Notes under the pieces: model-generated
What the model was told of the DNA's origin: nothing
The model's database searches: none
Seen by the model: only the letters and a program-made list of their open reading frames with translations
Virus record (IMG/VR): IMGVR_UViG_3300013767_000083
Coordinates: 1 to 39,792 of that record
DNA length: 39,792 nucleotides
Origin: a virus
Strand: one strand, 5' to 3'
Translations under genes and position numbers: made by a program
Shown: piece by piece, positions 1 through 8,729 of the stretch
How positions within the stretch are numbered: the stretch's first letter is position 1
Layout: every line of letters begins with the position of its first letter

Positions 1-127
1 AATAGACGGCAGAATGGTCGAAGGTCCGGCTAGAACGCCGCCCATGCCGCCCTCAACCGCCGCATCGAGGATCTTACCGGCCTCACCCGGCGTGTTCCTT
101 TCCGGTGCCCCCAAACGATCATGGATG
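1..127. repeat. Terminal overlap, copy 1, identical to 39666-39792. It closes the genome into a 39,665-bp circle or permuted unit.
   Basis: Compared base by base: both copies are the same 127-nt string, and a minus-strand ORF is in phase across the junction. Confidence 0.95.
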
Positions 128-432
128 AAGCGCTTGATATCTTCGCTCGATGGCATGATCTGCCCGACAGCCGTAATGGGGTTCGACGCAATGGCCATAT
201 CGGGATTGACGCCGATCATGTTTGCGCCAGACCTAATAAGGTCCGCGCCCATGCGCGGAAGGCCAGCGAAGCCACTAGCAATGTTCGTCAGGCGCGTTCC
301 GACGTAAGATGGGTCAATACCGAACTTTCCCGGCACCATCGTCTGCTGTGGCTTAGCGGGCGCATTGTAGCGATCGAACAAATCGCCACTCGTGCTACTT
401 GGTGCGGTATAGCGGTCGAAAAGGTCAGCCAT
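1..432 (-). CDS. Internal virion/ejection protein, 5' part. It continues across the window junction into 39665..38082, for 671 aa in total.
   Basis: The ATG at 432-430 overlaps the upstream TAA (TAATG). Hand translation gives MADLFDRYTAPSST...FIHDRLGAPERNT with no stop down to base 1. It is in phase with track ORF 38082..39779 through the overlap. Confidence 0.7.
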   Translation of the reverse strand, partial: MADLFDRYTAPSSTSGDLFDRYNAPAKPQQTMVPGKFGIDPSYVGTRLTNIASGFAGLPRMGADLIRSGANMIGVNPDMAIASNPITAVGQIMPSSEDIKRFIHDRLGAPERNTPGEAGKILDAAVEGGMGGVLAGPSTILPSI

Positions 433-2666
433 TAGCGACCTTTCGCCGGTTTAAGTCCCAGACGATTGATGACTTCGTCCGTAGAAATGCCCCGATTCTT
501 CGCCGTTTGCTCAATTTCAGCGAAGCTGATGGGGGCGCCGTCTGGCCCCAGGTAGGTGCTATCGATCGGTGTGCCTGGTGTACTGCCCTTCGCCCCAAAT
601 AGCTTCTTGCCCGCGTCCATGATTGCGCTGTTGTCAGCCGGATTGGACTTTGTTCGCGCAATAACGTCGGATCGTGCCTTCAGCGCCTCCGGAGAGATGA
701 TTGAGGGATCATCCTGCTTGATAGTCTGGTCGCCCTTGTACCCAAGGCCGCGATTGATGCGCGCCACAAGTTCCGTCTGCTGGCCGTTGACTAGTGTCGT
801 CAAGGTGCGAATAGCGGCCTTGATCTGCGCGGGCGACTGGGCGGCATTCAATTGCGAACGCGCTTCAGCCAAGCCAGCCACGGTCGTATGGCCGGCGAAG
901 TACTTCTCAAGTTCCTGATTAATCTTGTTCTTGGTTGTCTCAAGCTCGGTGACACGCGGGTCGCCCGCCCCCACGCCGATCTCATTCATAACCTTGTTGG
1001 CCAGCGGATAGGGCGAGTTGTTCAAGTCGTCGGCCACGTCGAGAGCGTGGTTCATGTGATTGAACAGCGTACCCTGCGACTGAAGCTGCTGCCCGATGCT
1101 TCCCGCCTTGCTGCTGACCATGTCCTTTTTCGTGGCCATGCGGGTGGCATGTATGGCGTCCGTAAAGCCCGGTCCCGCCGCCTGGAACACAAGACGGCGT
1201 GTCTCCTGCGCATACTGGTTGCGGGCGTTCGGAGACGGGATCGGGTTGTCGCCATTGACGATCGAGCGAATTTCCGCCGCACGAGCCGGCGGAAGCGCGG
1301 CGTAAAGGTCTTCGCCGCTCAGATTTGGGTCGAGGTCCGCCGTCCCGCTTTGGGTCTGGTTGATCGGATGGTACTGGTTCGTCTTCTTGTCGCGCTGTCC
1401 AATCAGGGTTCCGGACTTGTCGTAAACATCCTCAAAGTTTTTGGCGTTCGAAGCCGGCGGCTTGAACCACTCCATCTGCCCATCGGGCATACGAAAAAGC
1501 TGGAAGCCGTCCTTGAGGACCGGCACGCCCTTGACGCCCATCATCACGCCACCGCGCGAGCGTGGGTCGCTGGAGTCCGGCGTTGGACCATTTAGCAGCG
1601 GGGCGCTGTCGCCCTGTCCGTTTGCATTGGCGGGAACTGCGTCGTTCGTGGCGACCTGTGGCCCGCGTGGCCGACCACCGAGGATTGATTGGGCGTATCC
1701 GAGCCGCTGCGCATAACCGTTGCCAGCCGCGGGATTTGCCGGCGTGTACCCCTGGGGCCGGAAGTAATGCATCATCGCCATCGTGGCATCTTCCGGCGTC
1801 TTGGCCTGCTGTAGCATCGCATAGGCACGCTGTGCGCCCATGTCGCCACCCTTCATATCGTTCACGAGGAAGTCGAGCTGGGTTTGAGGACTGCCTGCAT
1901 TGCCGCCTGTCGTCTGGGCAAACTGCTGTAGTGCCTGCTGGCGATCGCCACGCCACTGGCCCATGCCACCCGCAGTGCCATTGTCGCCGACAGCGTTCGG
2001 ATTGAAGCCCGACTCCTGATAGAGGCCGCCGACTACGCCCGCAGCCGCAACCGGCGACATGCCATACTTGCCGGTGAGGTACTGGACCATCTGCTGGGCC
2101 CTAGGCATGTCACCCTGCGGGATGACTGCAGGAGCAGCCGCCGCGGGAGTAGGCGGCGCGGAGGCACCACCCACAGGCTGTGGCTGATTCCCTTGCGAGG
2201 TAAAGTATTCGTTCGCCGAACGAGCCTTGCCGTAGTTGTAGTTGACGAAGCCCTGAGCCGCCGGACCCCATTGCTGTGGCCAGCCCGACGTGTCGTATCC
2301 CAGCCTGTTAGCTTCATTCAAAGCGGCAGAATAGGCCGCTGGCTGCTGGTCGGGTGGCGCATTCAAAACACCACCAGCCGCTCTCATCGTGAAGTCCGTG
2401 GCCTGTTTTACGGCCGCGAGCTTTTGCCCACTAAGGCCCTGCAGGATATGCCAGACGGCATTCCCTGCCTGCGGGTTGTTTACCGCTAGCTTGGTCAGGG
2501 CCGTCTGGTCTCCTCGTGTCGCGGGATCGACGTACTGCAAGGCATCGTCGGCGCGTCGGTCCAGATCCTGTTCGCGCTGCGCCCTGGCGGTGAAGTAACC
2601 GGCATGCGCGCCCATGTAGAGCGCGTTGGCGAGGCTGGGCGGGTTGTATTGGGGGAAATCGACCAT
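432..2666 (-). CDS. Internal virion/ejection protein with a lysozyme-like (phage tail lysozyme type) domain
   Basis: 744 aa, from track ORF 432..2702. The ATG at 2666 overlaps the upstream TAA. The block GGLYQESGFNPNAVGDNGTAGGMGQWRGDR...QLDFLVNDM resembles phage tail-lysozyme domains, and the gene lies in the ejection-protein cluster. Confidence 0.7.
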   Translation of the reverse strand: MVDFPQYNPPSLANALYMGAHAGYFTARAQREQDLDRRADDALQYVDPATRGDQTALTKLAVNNPQAGNAVWHILQGLSGQKLAAVKQATDFTMRAAGGVLNAPPDQQPAAYSAALNEANRLGYDTSGWPQQWGPAAQGFVNYNYGKARSANEYFTSQGNQPQPVGGASAPPTPAAAAPAVIPQGDMPRAQQMVQYLTGKYGMSPVAAAGVVGGLYQESGFNPNAVGDNGTAGGMGQWRGDRQQALQQFAQTTGGNAGSPQTQLDFLVNDMKGGDMGAQRAYAMLQQAKTPEDATMAMMHYFRPQGYTPANPAAGNGYAQRLGYAQSILGGRPRGPQVATNDAVPANANGQGDSAPLLNGPTPDSSDPRSRGGVMMGVKGVPVLKDGFQLFRMPDGQMEWFKPPASNAKNFEDVYDKSGTLIGQRDKKTNQYHPINQTQSGTADLDPNLSGEDLYAALPPARAAEIRSIVNGDNPIPSPNARNQYAQETRRLVFQAAGPGFTDAIHATRMATKKDMVSSKAGSIGQQLQSQGTLFNHMNHALDVADDLNNSPYPLANKVMNEIGVGAGDPRVTELETTKNKINQELEKYFAGHTTVAGLAEARSQLNAAQSPAQIKAAIRTLTTLVNGQQTELVARINRGLGYKGDQTIKQDDPSIISPEALKARSDVIARTKSNPADNSAIMDAGKKLFGAKGSTPGTPIDSTYLGPDGAPISFAEIEQTAKNRGISTDEVINRLGLKPAKGR

Positions 2667-3568
2667 TACCAGGTCCCCGTGCCGCCGACGCTGGGCTGCC
2701 ACGTAAGGCCGCCCTGTGCCTGACCGAAGGCCGCTAGATTTCTGGCATTGTTGATGGTGCCGGACCCTCCGCCGAGCCCGCCAAAGGCTCCAAGGGCAGC
2801 GAGATTATTAAGGCCGCCAGCGATACCCGAGCCGAGTGCATTGGCGCTGGTCGCCTGCCCGCCTGCCATCGCATTGATGCCAGGGATCATCGCCGAATTG
2901 GCCGAGTTATTGGCAGATGCGGCTGCACTCGCTCCCTGACCGCTCAGGTTGTAGAGGCCGTTTATGTAGCTGTTCGCGGCATTGCTATTAACGCTGAGTG
3001 CTGTATTGGCATAATTGGTGTAGTTATTTAGCCAGTTTGCGTACTCCTGGCTGGCCGATTGCTGGTTGTAGTCCGTGAGCGCCTTCGCCTGCGGACCGGA
3101 GAACGTCATGCCATTTGCCGCACCACTGTTATTGAGGGCATTCTGGCCCTGCGTGAGGCGAAACTGGTAGCTGGGCGATGCAGTAAAGCTCGTCCCCACA
3201 TTTCCGGCATATTGATCGAGATAGGGCTGCGCCAGAGAGAGAAGCGGCCCACCTTTGATGGATGCAAGGGCCCGATTCTGGGCATCAGACAGATCGCCCC
3301 GCCAATTGGCTCCCGTGGCATAGGAACCGCCGTGACCATCCGGCGTAAGATATCCCAGGCCGGATAATGCATTAAGGATAGACGCGGCATCGCCGCCGGC
3401 GGCCGTGAAGGGACTTAGCGCGTCGCGATTTTCCTGGGCCAATTCCCTCGAGTTGGCCAGGGCTGCGCTCCCGGCGGCACTTGCGCCGCCGCCGCTGATC
3501 AAACCACCGGCTATGTTGCCGAGAGCGCTTGCGCCACCAAGGATTCCGAGTGTTGTGCCGATTGCCAT
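2666..3568 (-). CDS. Gly/Ala/Asn-rich internal virion (ejection) protein
   Basis: 300-aa ORF with low-complexity Gly-rich ends, a GAGG ribosome-binding site and operon coupling. The call rests on its position between the GNAT and the lysozyme-domain protein. Confidence 0.45.
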   Translation of the reverse strand: MAIGTTLGILGGASALGNIAGGLISGGGASAAGSAALANSRELAQENRDALSPFTAAGGDAASILNALSGLGYLTPDGHGGSYATGANWRGDLSDAQNRALASIKGGPLLSLAQPYLDQYAGNVGTSFTASPSYQFRLTQGQNALNNSGAANGMTFSGPQAKALTDYNQQSASQEYANWLNNYTNYANTALSVNSNAANSYINGLYNLSGQGASAAASANNSANSAMIPGINAMAGGQATSANALGSGIAGGLNNLAALGAFGGLGGGSGTINNARNLAAFGQAQGGLTWQPSVGGTGTW

Positions 3569-3577
3569 GCTACTGCC

Positions 3578-4030
3578 TCACAAGCGCTTCCGAAAAACGC
3601 GCTCTGCGGGACTGTAGCCTGCTGCCCGGTATAGCCGGGCCAAAGCATCGCCACGCCTTCCCTCGCCCTCTTCGGCCACCACGTCGAACAACGTAGCGCC
3701 CGCCCGCTTGGCCGCCTGCTCGAGCCCTTCGAGAAGAGCACGGCCCTGACCCTTGCGGTAATCCTTACCGATATACCAGAAAGCCTCGCGTCCGAGAATA
3801 GTCTGGTGATTCCAGAAGGCGCGGCCTACATCGGCACCCGCCATGCCAACCGGCTTTCCGTCTTCTTCCGCGACCAACAGAAGATCGTGCGAGCCAAGTG
3901 CGTCGATGGCGTGGCCGAAGCTCACTGGATCGAAATGGCCTGTCTTGTCGTGATGGCCAGCTTCCCGGAAGAAAGCCTCACCCATGTCGAGAAGCCACGG
4001 ACCGTCATTGGGCGATGCGTACCGGATCAT
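3578..4030 (-). CDS. GNAT-family N-acetyltransferase
   Basis: 150 aa. It has an acetyl-CoA motif A (YRKGQGRALLEGLEQAAKRAGA) preceded by LLLVAEEDGKPVGMAG, and an ATGA start/stop overlap with the upstream gene. Confidence 0.75.
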   Translation of the reverse strand: MIRYASPNDGPWLLDMGEAFFREAGHHDKTGHFDPVSFGHAIDALGSHDLLLVAEEDGKPVGMAGADVGRAFWNHQTILGREAFWYIGKDYRKGQGRALLEGLEQAAKRAGATLFDVVAEEGEGRRGDALARLYRAAGYSPAERVFRKRL

Positions 4031-4302
4031 AGATACGCCCCGATGAATTTCTGGAAGAGCGGCGTCGGCACCCCATCCCTATCGGCCAGTTGAGATGAAG
4101 CGCTTGGGACGTAGTTACCGGCCCCGGCAATGGTCCCGAGCATCTTCTGGAAGATCGGTGTCGCACTGCCGGCCGCCGTCAGGAGAACGACCGAGGCGCG
4201 CGGAGATGACGCGCCAATGAAACGGGAAAGCTCCTTCCAGAAGGACGAAGTTGCAGTACCGTCTGGATTGAACAGCGCGTTCTTTGCCGTCTGGACGGTC
4301 AT
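4027..4302 (-). CDS. Hypothetical virion-module protein
   Basis: 91-aa ORF with ATGA overlaps at both ends and an internal repeat TPIFQKMLG / TPLFQKFIG. Confidence 0.45.
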   Translation of the reverse strand: MTVQTAKNALFNPDGTATSSFWKELSRFIGASSPRASVVLLTAAGSATPIFQKMLGTIAGAGNYVPSASSQLADRDGVPTPLFQKFIGAYL

Positions 4303-6017
4303 GAATTCGCTCCAACGGGCTCGAAGCGATATCCGTAGAAGGCTCGCTTGACCGGATCGCTGATGGAGAATTCGTACTCGCGTTGGCGGAACAGGCCCAT
4401 GCGCCGCACGATGGCACGATCAACCCTGTCCGCCGTTACGCCGATCGAGACCGTGCGCTGGTTACTCCAGGTCGAGCCGCCGTCGTCAGACCATCTGATC
4501 ATCACCTGAGGGACGCTACCCCGACCCGACAAAAGGCCGACGCCGAGCTCTCCCTCAAGTTCTAGGACAGGATTTGTCGCTCGTTTGCCGTCATTATAAA
4601 GCGGCGGCGTACGTGCCGCTGAACGGATCGGAGCGCCGAGCTCGGTGAAGGTATCCAGATCGAGGATACCCACTTGGCCGTTCTGCACGCCGACGTAGAT
4701 AGTGTTATTCATCTTCGCCATGCAGGTGACATTCCACACGGCTGGCGTCAGTTGAGTCCCCGACCACCGCTCGTGCCAGAGTTCCGTGACGATGTCGTAG
4801 CAGAAGGTCATGCCGAACGACGGTAGAGTCAGTATGTAGAACGAATGGCCAGCCTGCGTGTAGACCATGCCGAAGGCATCGGAGACGCCAGTGGTCGCCT
4901 GTGCCTTCCGCAGGAATTCCTCGACGGCGTAATTGGAAATCCGCTGTGGCTGATACCCAGTCGCCATATAGACAACCAGATCATCGCCAAGCCAGAAAAC
5001 CATCCCATTCAGTTCCGCCGGACTAAGAGCGGCGGCCGTGCCGCGGTCCATCACTGCACCCGTCACGCGCTGGAAGGGAAAGGGCGCAGAACCAACGTCC
5101 TGCCACGGCTCAATGGAGCGTTCTCCGAACAGCCAAAGCTCGCGGTTGATGACGACCGCTCGCAGTAGCGCATCGGGCAAGCTCTCGGCTGCGGCGAACT
5201 GCAGGGCATCGATCGTCGATGAATCGTATAGGGCAGAGATGAACCATTGCCCGGTACCCTGAGCGACGATGCGCTTGGCTGTACCTCCTGAGGAGTAACT
5301 GGTGTACCCGGTGCTATCGATGCCGATGAGCTGGAAATTATTGACGTCCACAACACGAACGGTGAATTGGCGGTTGTTGACCTGCGTCATGCCGACAACC
5401 GACTGGATCAAGACCTGCTGGTTGTTGGACAGGCCGTGGTTGGCCGAAGTGACCTGCGCGGGATTCGCCTGCGTGATGGCGGTGATATTGATCGATGGCG
5501 CGTATACAACAGACGGATTGGTGATTGCTGTCGAGAAGATCGTGAAACCGTCCATCGTGTCGATCGAGCCCACACCTGCCGCCGGGAATGCCGGAGACGT
5601 AATCTGGGCGATCGTCGTTCCTACGACGGTGAAGCACAGACCAGCGCTGAGGACGGTGAGCTGCACGCCATTGTCGGTCATCATGGCGACTCCAGATGAT
5701 GGAATGGAAGCGCCCGTGCAGATCGTCTGGTTACCGAATCTATCTTCTTGATAGAGAACGCCTCCGGCTAGCACATAGAGGAAACCCAAGGCGGCACGCA
5801 TCGCTCTAACTGGCGAGTTATTGCCGTGCGACGTGAAAGCCCTGATCCCTGGCGTGCCGTAGAGGGGACCGCCAACAGCCGCTAGTGCTCCCGCCTGCTG
5901 TTTGGGCGCACGCGATCCCAAAGCGCCAGGCTCGAAGTAGAAATTGATGAGGCGAGACGTTGCCAGAGGGCGGGAGCGGCCTTCCTGCAATCCAAGAGCG
6001 ATAGGTGAGCGGGCCAC
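4299..6017 (-). CDS. P22 gp10-like packaged-DNA stabilization / tail hub protein with an E1-FCCH-like insert
   Basis: 572 aa with a GTG start. It shows beta-propeller-like repeats (GTPGIR, LYVLAGGVLY, IYVGVQNGQV) and lies just downstream of a gp4-like gene. Residues 178-250 resemble the ubiquitin-E1 FCCH-type domain common in phage virion proteins. Confidence 0.6.
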   Translation of the reverse strand: MARSPIALGLQEGRSRPLATSRLINFYFEPGALGSRAPKQQAGALAAVGGPLYGTPGIRAFTSHGNNSPVRAMRAALGFLYVLAGGVLYQEDRFGNQTICTGASIPSSGVAMMTDNGVQLTVLSAGLCFTVVGTTIAQITSPAFPAAGVGSIDTMDGFTIFSTAITNPSVVYAPSINITAITQANPAQVTSANHGLSNNQQVLIQSVVGMTQVNNRQFTVRVVDVNNFQLIGIDSTGYTSYSSGGTAKRIVAQGTGQWFISALYDSSTIDALQFAAAESLPDALLRAVVINRELWLFGERSIEPWQDVGSAPFPFQRVTGAVMDRGTAAALSPAELNGMVFWLGDDLVVYMATGYQPQRISNYAVEEFLRKAQATTGVSDAFGMVYTQAGHSFYILTLPSFGMTFCYDIVTELWHERWSGTQLTPAVWNVTCMAKMNNTIYVGVQNGQVGILDLDTFTELGAPIRSAARTPPLYNDGKRATNPVLELEGELGVGLLSGRGSVPQVMIRWSDDGGSTWSNQRTVSIGVTADRVDRAIVRRMGLFRQREYEFSISDPVKRAFYGYRFEPVGANS

Positions 6018-6020
6018 GGA

Positions 6021-6422
6021 TCAGCTTCCGCGATTGAAATCGTAAAACCCCGGCCGGCGCGTGCGGATCGCACGGTCAGGCACGGCGGGATCGCTCGATA
6101 GATAAGCAGCTTGCAGCTCGAGCTTAGCGTCTTCGATCTTCTGGCCGAGGCTTGGTCCGATGGGCATGCCAAACTCATCCGCCAGCTCGCCAGCAAGCGC
6201 CAGCATCACGTTACGGATTTGCTCATCCGGGAAATTCAGCACTGTGGTCGGCGTAAGGGCCGAGTGAACATACTGGATGCCCATAGCCGAGAAGGCGAAC
6301 AGCATGTCGTTCAGGATCGTAAGGGAGTCCTGTGATTCGGCTGCGTCTGGCGCTTCCTGCGCAGCGAGGACATTGATGCGGCGCAGGGCGCGTACGATTA
6401 TGTCATTGGCCGTCGCTGTCAT
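6021..6422 (-). CDS. P22 gp4-like head-to-tail adaptor / tail accessory factor
   Basis: 133 aa from the ATG at 6422 (TGATG overlap). The call rests on the N-terminus MTATANDIIVRALRRINVL...SLTILNDML and on synteny between the coat side and the gp10-like gene. Confidence 0.5.
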   Translation of the reverse strand: MTATANDIIVRALRRINVLAAQEAPDAAESQDSLTILNDMLFAFSAMGIQYVHSALTPTTVLNFPDEQIRNVMLALAGELADEFGMPIGPSLGQKIEDAKLELQAAYLSSDPAVPDRAIRTRRPGFYDFNRGS

Positions 6423-6775
6423 CACAGGATATCCGTCACGCCAATTGCCGGACGCACGCGGAAGCGCCCTACACAAACCGTTGTCACATTGCCTTGGGCG
6501 TCCACGGTCTGTGCCATGTGCTGATAGTCGCCGATGAAAATGCTGGTGGTGTCAGCCGGCAGCACCGCAACGGTGAAAGAGCCGGCCGGCGCACTCACAA
6601 TCGTCCCTGTCTTCGTAAACAATGGTGTCCAGTTCGTGGGGTCGTTGGGGCGACGGCCGACATTCCAATTGATCGTCAGGCCGGTTAGATTGACCGGCAG
6701 GTTGCTATAGTCGCGCGCAAATAGGGTGAACGTCCGATTGTCTCCGGCGAACACTTCCAGATGCTGCACATTCAT
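6422..6775 (-). CDS. Hypothetical virion protein (beta-sandwich-like)
   Basis: 117-aa ORF with a TGATG overlap to the upstream gene, inside the structural operon. Confidence 0.45.
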   Translation of the reverse strand: MNVQHLEVFAGDNRTFTLFARDYSNLPVNLTGLTINWNVGRRPNDPTNWTPLFTKTGTIVSAPAGSFTVAVLPADTTSIFIGDYQHMAQTVDAQGNVTTVCVGRFRVRPAIGVTDIL

Positions 6776-7125
6776 CAGGCCGCAGCCTTCTTGGGCTTGA
6801 GGGTCAGCGTGCCCGACAGGACCTTGGCGTCGCGCTCCAGCGCATGGACTTGCACCGAATCGGCCCAGCCCTCCGGCACATCTTCCGGATTGGCAAAAAC
6901 CTTCCCTTCACCATCAGGCCCGTAACGCCATGCCGGCCAGTCGGTGTGCTCATACTTAGGAGGTGTGGTGCTGCGAGGCCCGCGAGCCATCGCATCTTCC
7001 TGCCTGCGGATCAGATCCATCGCGCTATAGATCGATGCCACAATGGCTTCGTCCGCAATCGGCGCTCGCTTGGCCTTTGCCATCGCGTTAACGCCCGCCT
7101 CCGCCATGCCCGGACTGATCTTCAT
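6775..7125 (-). CDS. Hypothetical virion-module protein
   Basis: 116 aa from the ATG at 7125, which has GAGGG 6 nt upstream. The track ORF starts at a GTG at 7137. Confidence 0.4.
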   Translation of the reverse strand: MKISPGMAEAGVNAMAKAKRAPIADEAIVASIYSAMDLIRRQEDAMARGPRSTTPPKYEHTDWPAWRYGPDGEGKVFANPEDVPEGWADSVQVHALERDAKVLSGTLTLKPKKAAA

Positions 7126-7141
7126 GCAGACCCTCACATCG

Positions 7142-7180
7142 GAGAGAAGAAAGCCGCCCGCAGATGAGCCACGGGCGGCG
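7142..7180 (-). terminator. Intrinsic terminator after the coat gene and its small downstream gene
   Basis: On the minus strand the stem CCGCCCG...CGGGCGG (plus-strand 7153-7160 / 7172-7179) is followed by CTTTCTTCTCTCC. Confidence 0.55.
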
Positions 7181-7186
7181 GTACGC

Positions 7187-7471
7187 TTAAGCCTTCAGGA
7201 GGCCCAGTACCTTCAGGACAGCCACGATGTCGCCCACCGTGTACGCGGTGGAGCCGATCGAGCCGTCAAAGGTCGTGTTCGTGAACACGCTGGTCGTCGC
7301 GCCGGCAGTTACCGTGTGAGTGTTGCCACCGGGCGTCTGGAGAGCCACCGGCCCACCGGTGGTAGACTGGCCGCCGAAGAATGAAATCTTCGGCGAACCG
7401 GTGTTGTTCGGCGCGTTGTTGCCGAAGTTGGAGCCGTCAGAGCGGCCGTCGTCGAGTTGCTGGATAGCCAT
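7187..7471 (-). CDS. Small Gly/Thr-rich protein after the coat gene (possible head decoration or accessory protein)
   Basis: 94-aa ORF with an AGGAG ribosome-binding site, lying between the coat gene and a terminator. Confidence 0.5.
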   Translation of the reverse strand: MAIQQLDDGRSDGSNFGNNAPNNTGSPKISFFGGQSTTGGPVALQTPGGNTHTVTAGATTSVFTNTTFDGSIGSTAYTVGDIVAVLKVLGLLKA

Positions 7472-7483
7472 CTGTCGCTCCTA

Positions 7484-8701
7484 TCAGGTGCCGCTCAGTC
7501 TGCAGGCTAGATCGGGGTAGATGGCCTTCACGCCGTAAAGAACATCCATTCGGATCTTCTCTTCGTCGTTCTCGCCGTCGTACCACTTGATTACGCGGAT
7601 CGAGAAACCGTTCTGGCTCTCGCGCGCCTTGAACACCGCACCATCCGGCATCTCGAGGTCGGCCATGACCAGAGCGAAGGCGTTCTTGTGGAACACCAGG
7701 TTCTGGGCATAGGTCGTGTTGGCCGTGCCAAGCATCGCAATCACGGCGCTATTTGCCGGCGCCGCACTTACCGTCTGGTAGGGACCGGACGTAATGATCG
7801 CCGGAGCGATGGACACGGTGATGTTGCCGGAGCCGTCCGCCGTCACCGGGCTCTGCACCACGAACTGCTGCAGATAGCCGGTCGAGACCTTCGAGCGCGG
7901 GTTGACCGCAAACACACCCGCGATCGTGAACACATCGCCGGCATTGAGCGAAGCCGTGCTCGCCGTCCAGCCGTTGGTGATCAGATTCTGGGTATTGGTG
8001 TTTGCCGCTGCGCCATAGGTGACGTTCTGGTTCGCGCCATTGACAACCGGAGAACCGCCGAACGAAGCGCCCGTCGTGTACATACGGATGTTCTGGTCCA
8101 TCGCGGTCTCGACGCCGCCGATCTCGCCCAGATCACCCTTGTTGTAGGCCTCGCCCACGAGCTTGGGGGAAAAGAGCGTGGTCTGCGACCCGACAAGGCC
8201 CCACTGGTCGGCCGGCGACAGGACCGCATTGCGCATGTCCTGTGGAACAGATGAAGAGTCGAGACGCTGCGGCCCGAGCGCGAAGCCCGCAAAGGACTTC
8301 AAGTTCTGGCCCGGCGTACCCACCCAGTTCCAGACGTTCGAGAACAGGCCGCACAGATCGAAATCGATCTGGTTGGCCAGTGCAATCGCCGCCGGCTGGA
8401 GGTAGCGCTTGTTGTACTCTTCGATGCTCAGGGTCAGGTCCTGAGTATTGAACGACCAGGAGACGTGCTTACGCTTGTTCATCTGAAGGGCGAACTTGCC
8501 TTCCGTCACGTCCTGGTTGATGGCCACAGCACCGTCATTGGCGACAAACTGGACCGGACGACGCACGCTAATCGTGTCGCCGACCTTCACGTACTCTCTG
8601 GAGTAATCGCGATAGACCTTGCGGCCCATCACGAGGTTGTTCTCCAGGTTTGCCAAGCCCACCTTTGCGATGATGCTCGGCGTGATGATTGTATTTGCCA
8701 T
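7484..8701 (-). CDS. Major capsid protein, P22 coat-protein family
   Basis: 405 aa. The N-terminus MANTIITPSIIAKVGLANLENNLVMGRKVYRDYSREYVKVGDTISVRRP is typical of P22-type coat proteins, and the gene follows a scaffold-like gene. Confidence 0.85.
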   Translation of the reverse strand: MANTIITPSIIAKVGLANLENNLVMGRKVYRDYSREYVKVGDTISVRRPVQFVANDGAVAINQDVTEGKFALQMNKRKHVSWSFNTQDLTLSIEEYNKRYLQPAAIALANQIDFDLCGLFSNVWNWVGTPGQNLKSFAGFALGPQRLDSSSVPQDMRNAVLSPADQWGLVGSQTTLFSPKLVGEAYNKGDLGEIGGVETAMDQNIRMYTTGASFGGSPVVNGANQNVTYGAAANTNTQNLITNGWTASTASLNAGDVFTIAGVFAVNPRSKVSTGYLQQFVVQSPVTADGSGNITVSIAPAIITSGPYQTVSAAPANSAVIAMLGTANTTYAQNLVFHKNAFALVMADLEMPDGAVFKARESQNGFSIRVIKWYDGENDEEKIRMDVLYGVKAIYPDLACRLSGT

Positions 8702-8729
8702 CTCAAAGCCTCAAATCGAGGCTTCCCAG

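Noticed and set aside
1-127. The terminal repeat as a biological DTR or as mobile-element ends
   Set aside because: It lies inside a continuous coding sequence, and 127 bp is a typical assembler k-mer overlap. I treat it as circular closure, though this is unproven without reads.
852-1595. 247-aa plus-strand ORF antisense to the lysozyme-domain ejection gene. Similar long antisense ORFs lie at 7688..8254, 9563..10390, 15697..16635, 26050..26664 and 36881..37594.
   Set aside because: These are Arg/Ala/Gly-rich shadow ORFs typical of GC-rich DNA. Each lies opposite a gene with clear family motifs, and none has a start context.
8706-8724. Hairpin AAGCCTC-N5-GAGGCTT between the scaffold and coat genes, as a possible regulatory element
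   Set aside because: It is only a 7-bp stem that overlaps the probable ribosome-binding site. That is plausible for translational tuning but too weak to call.
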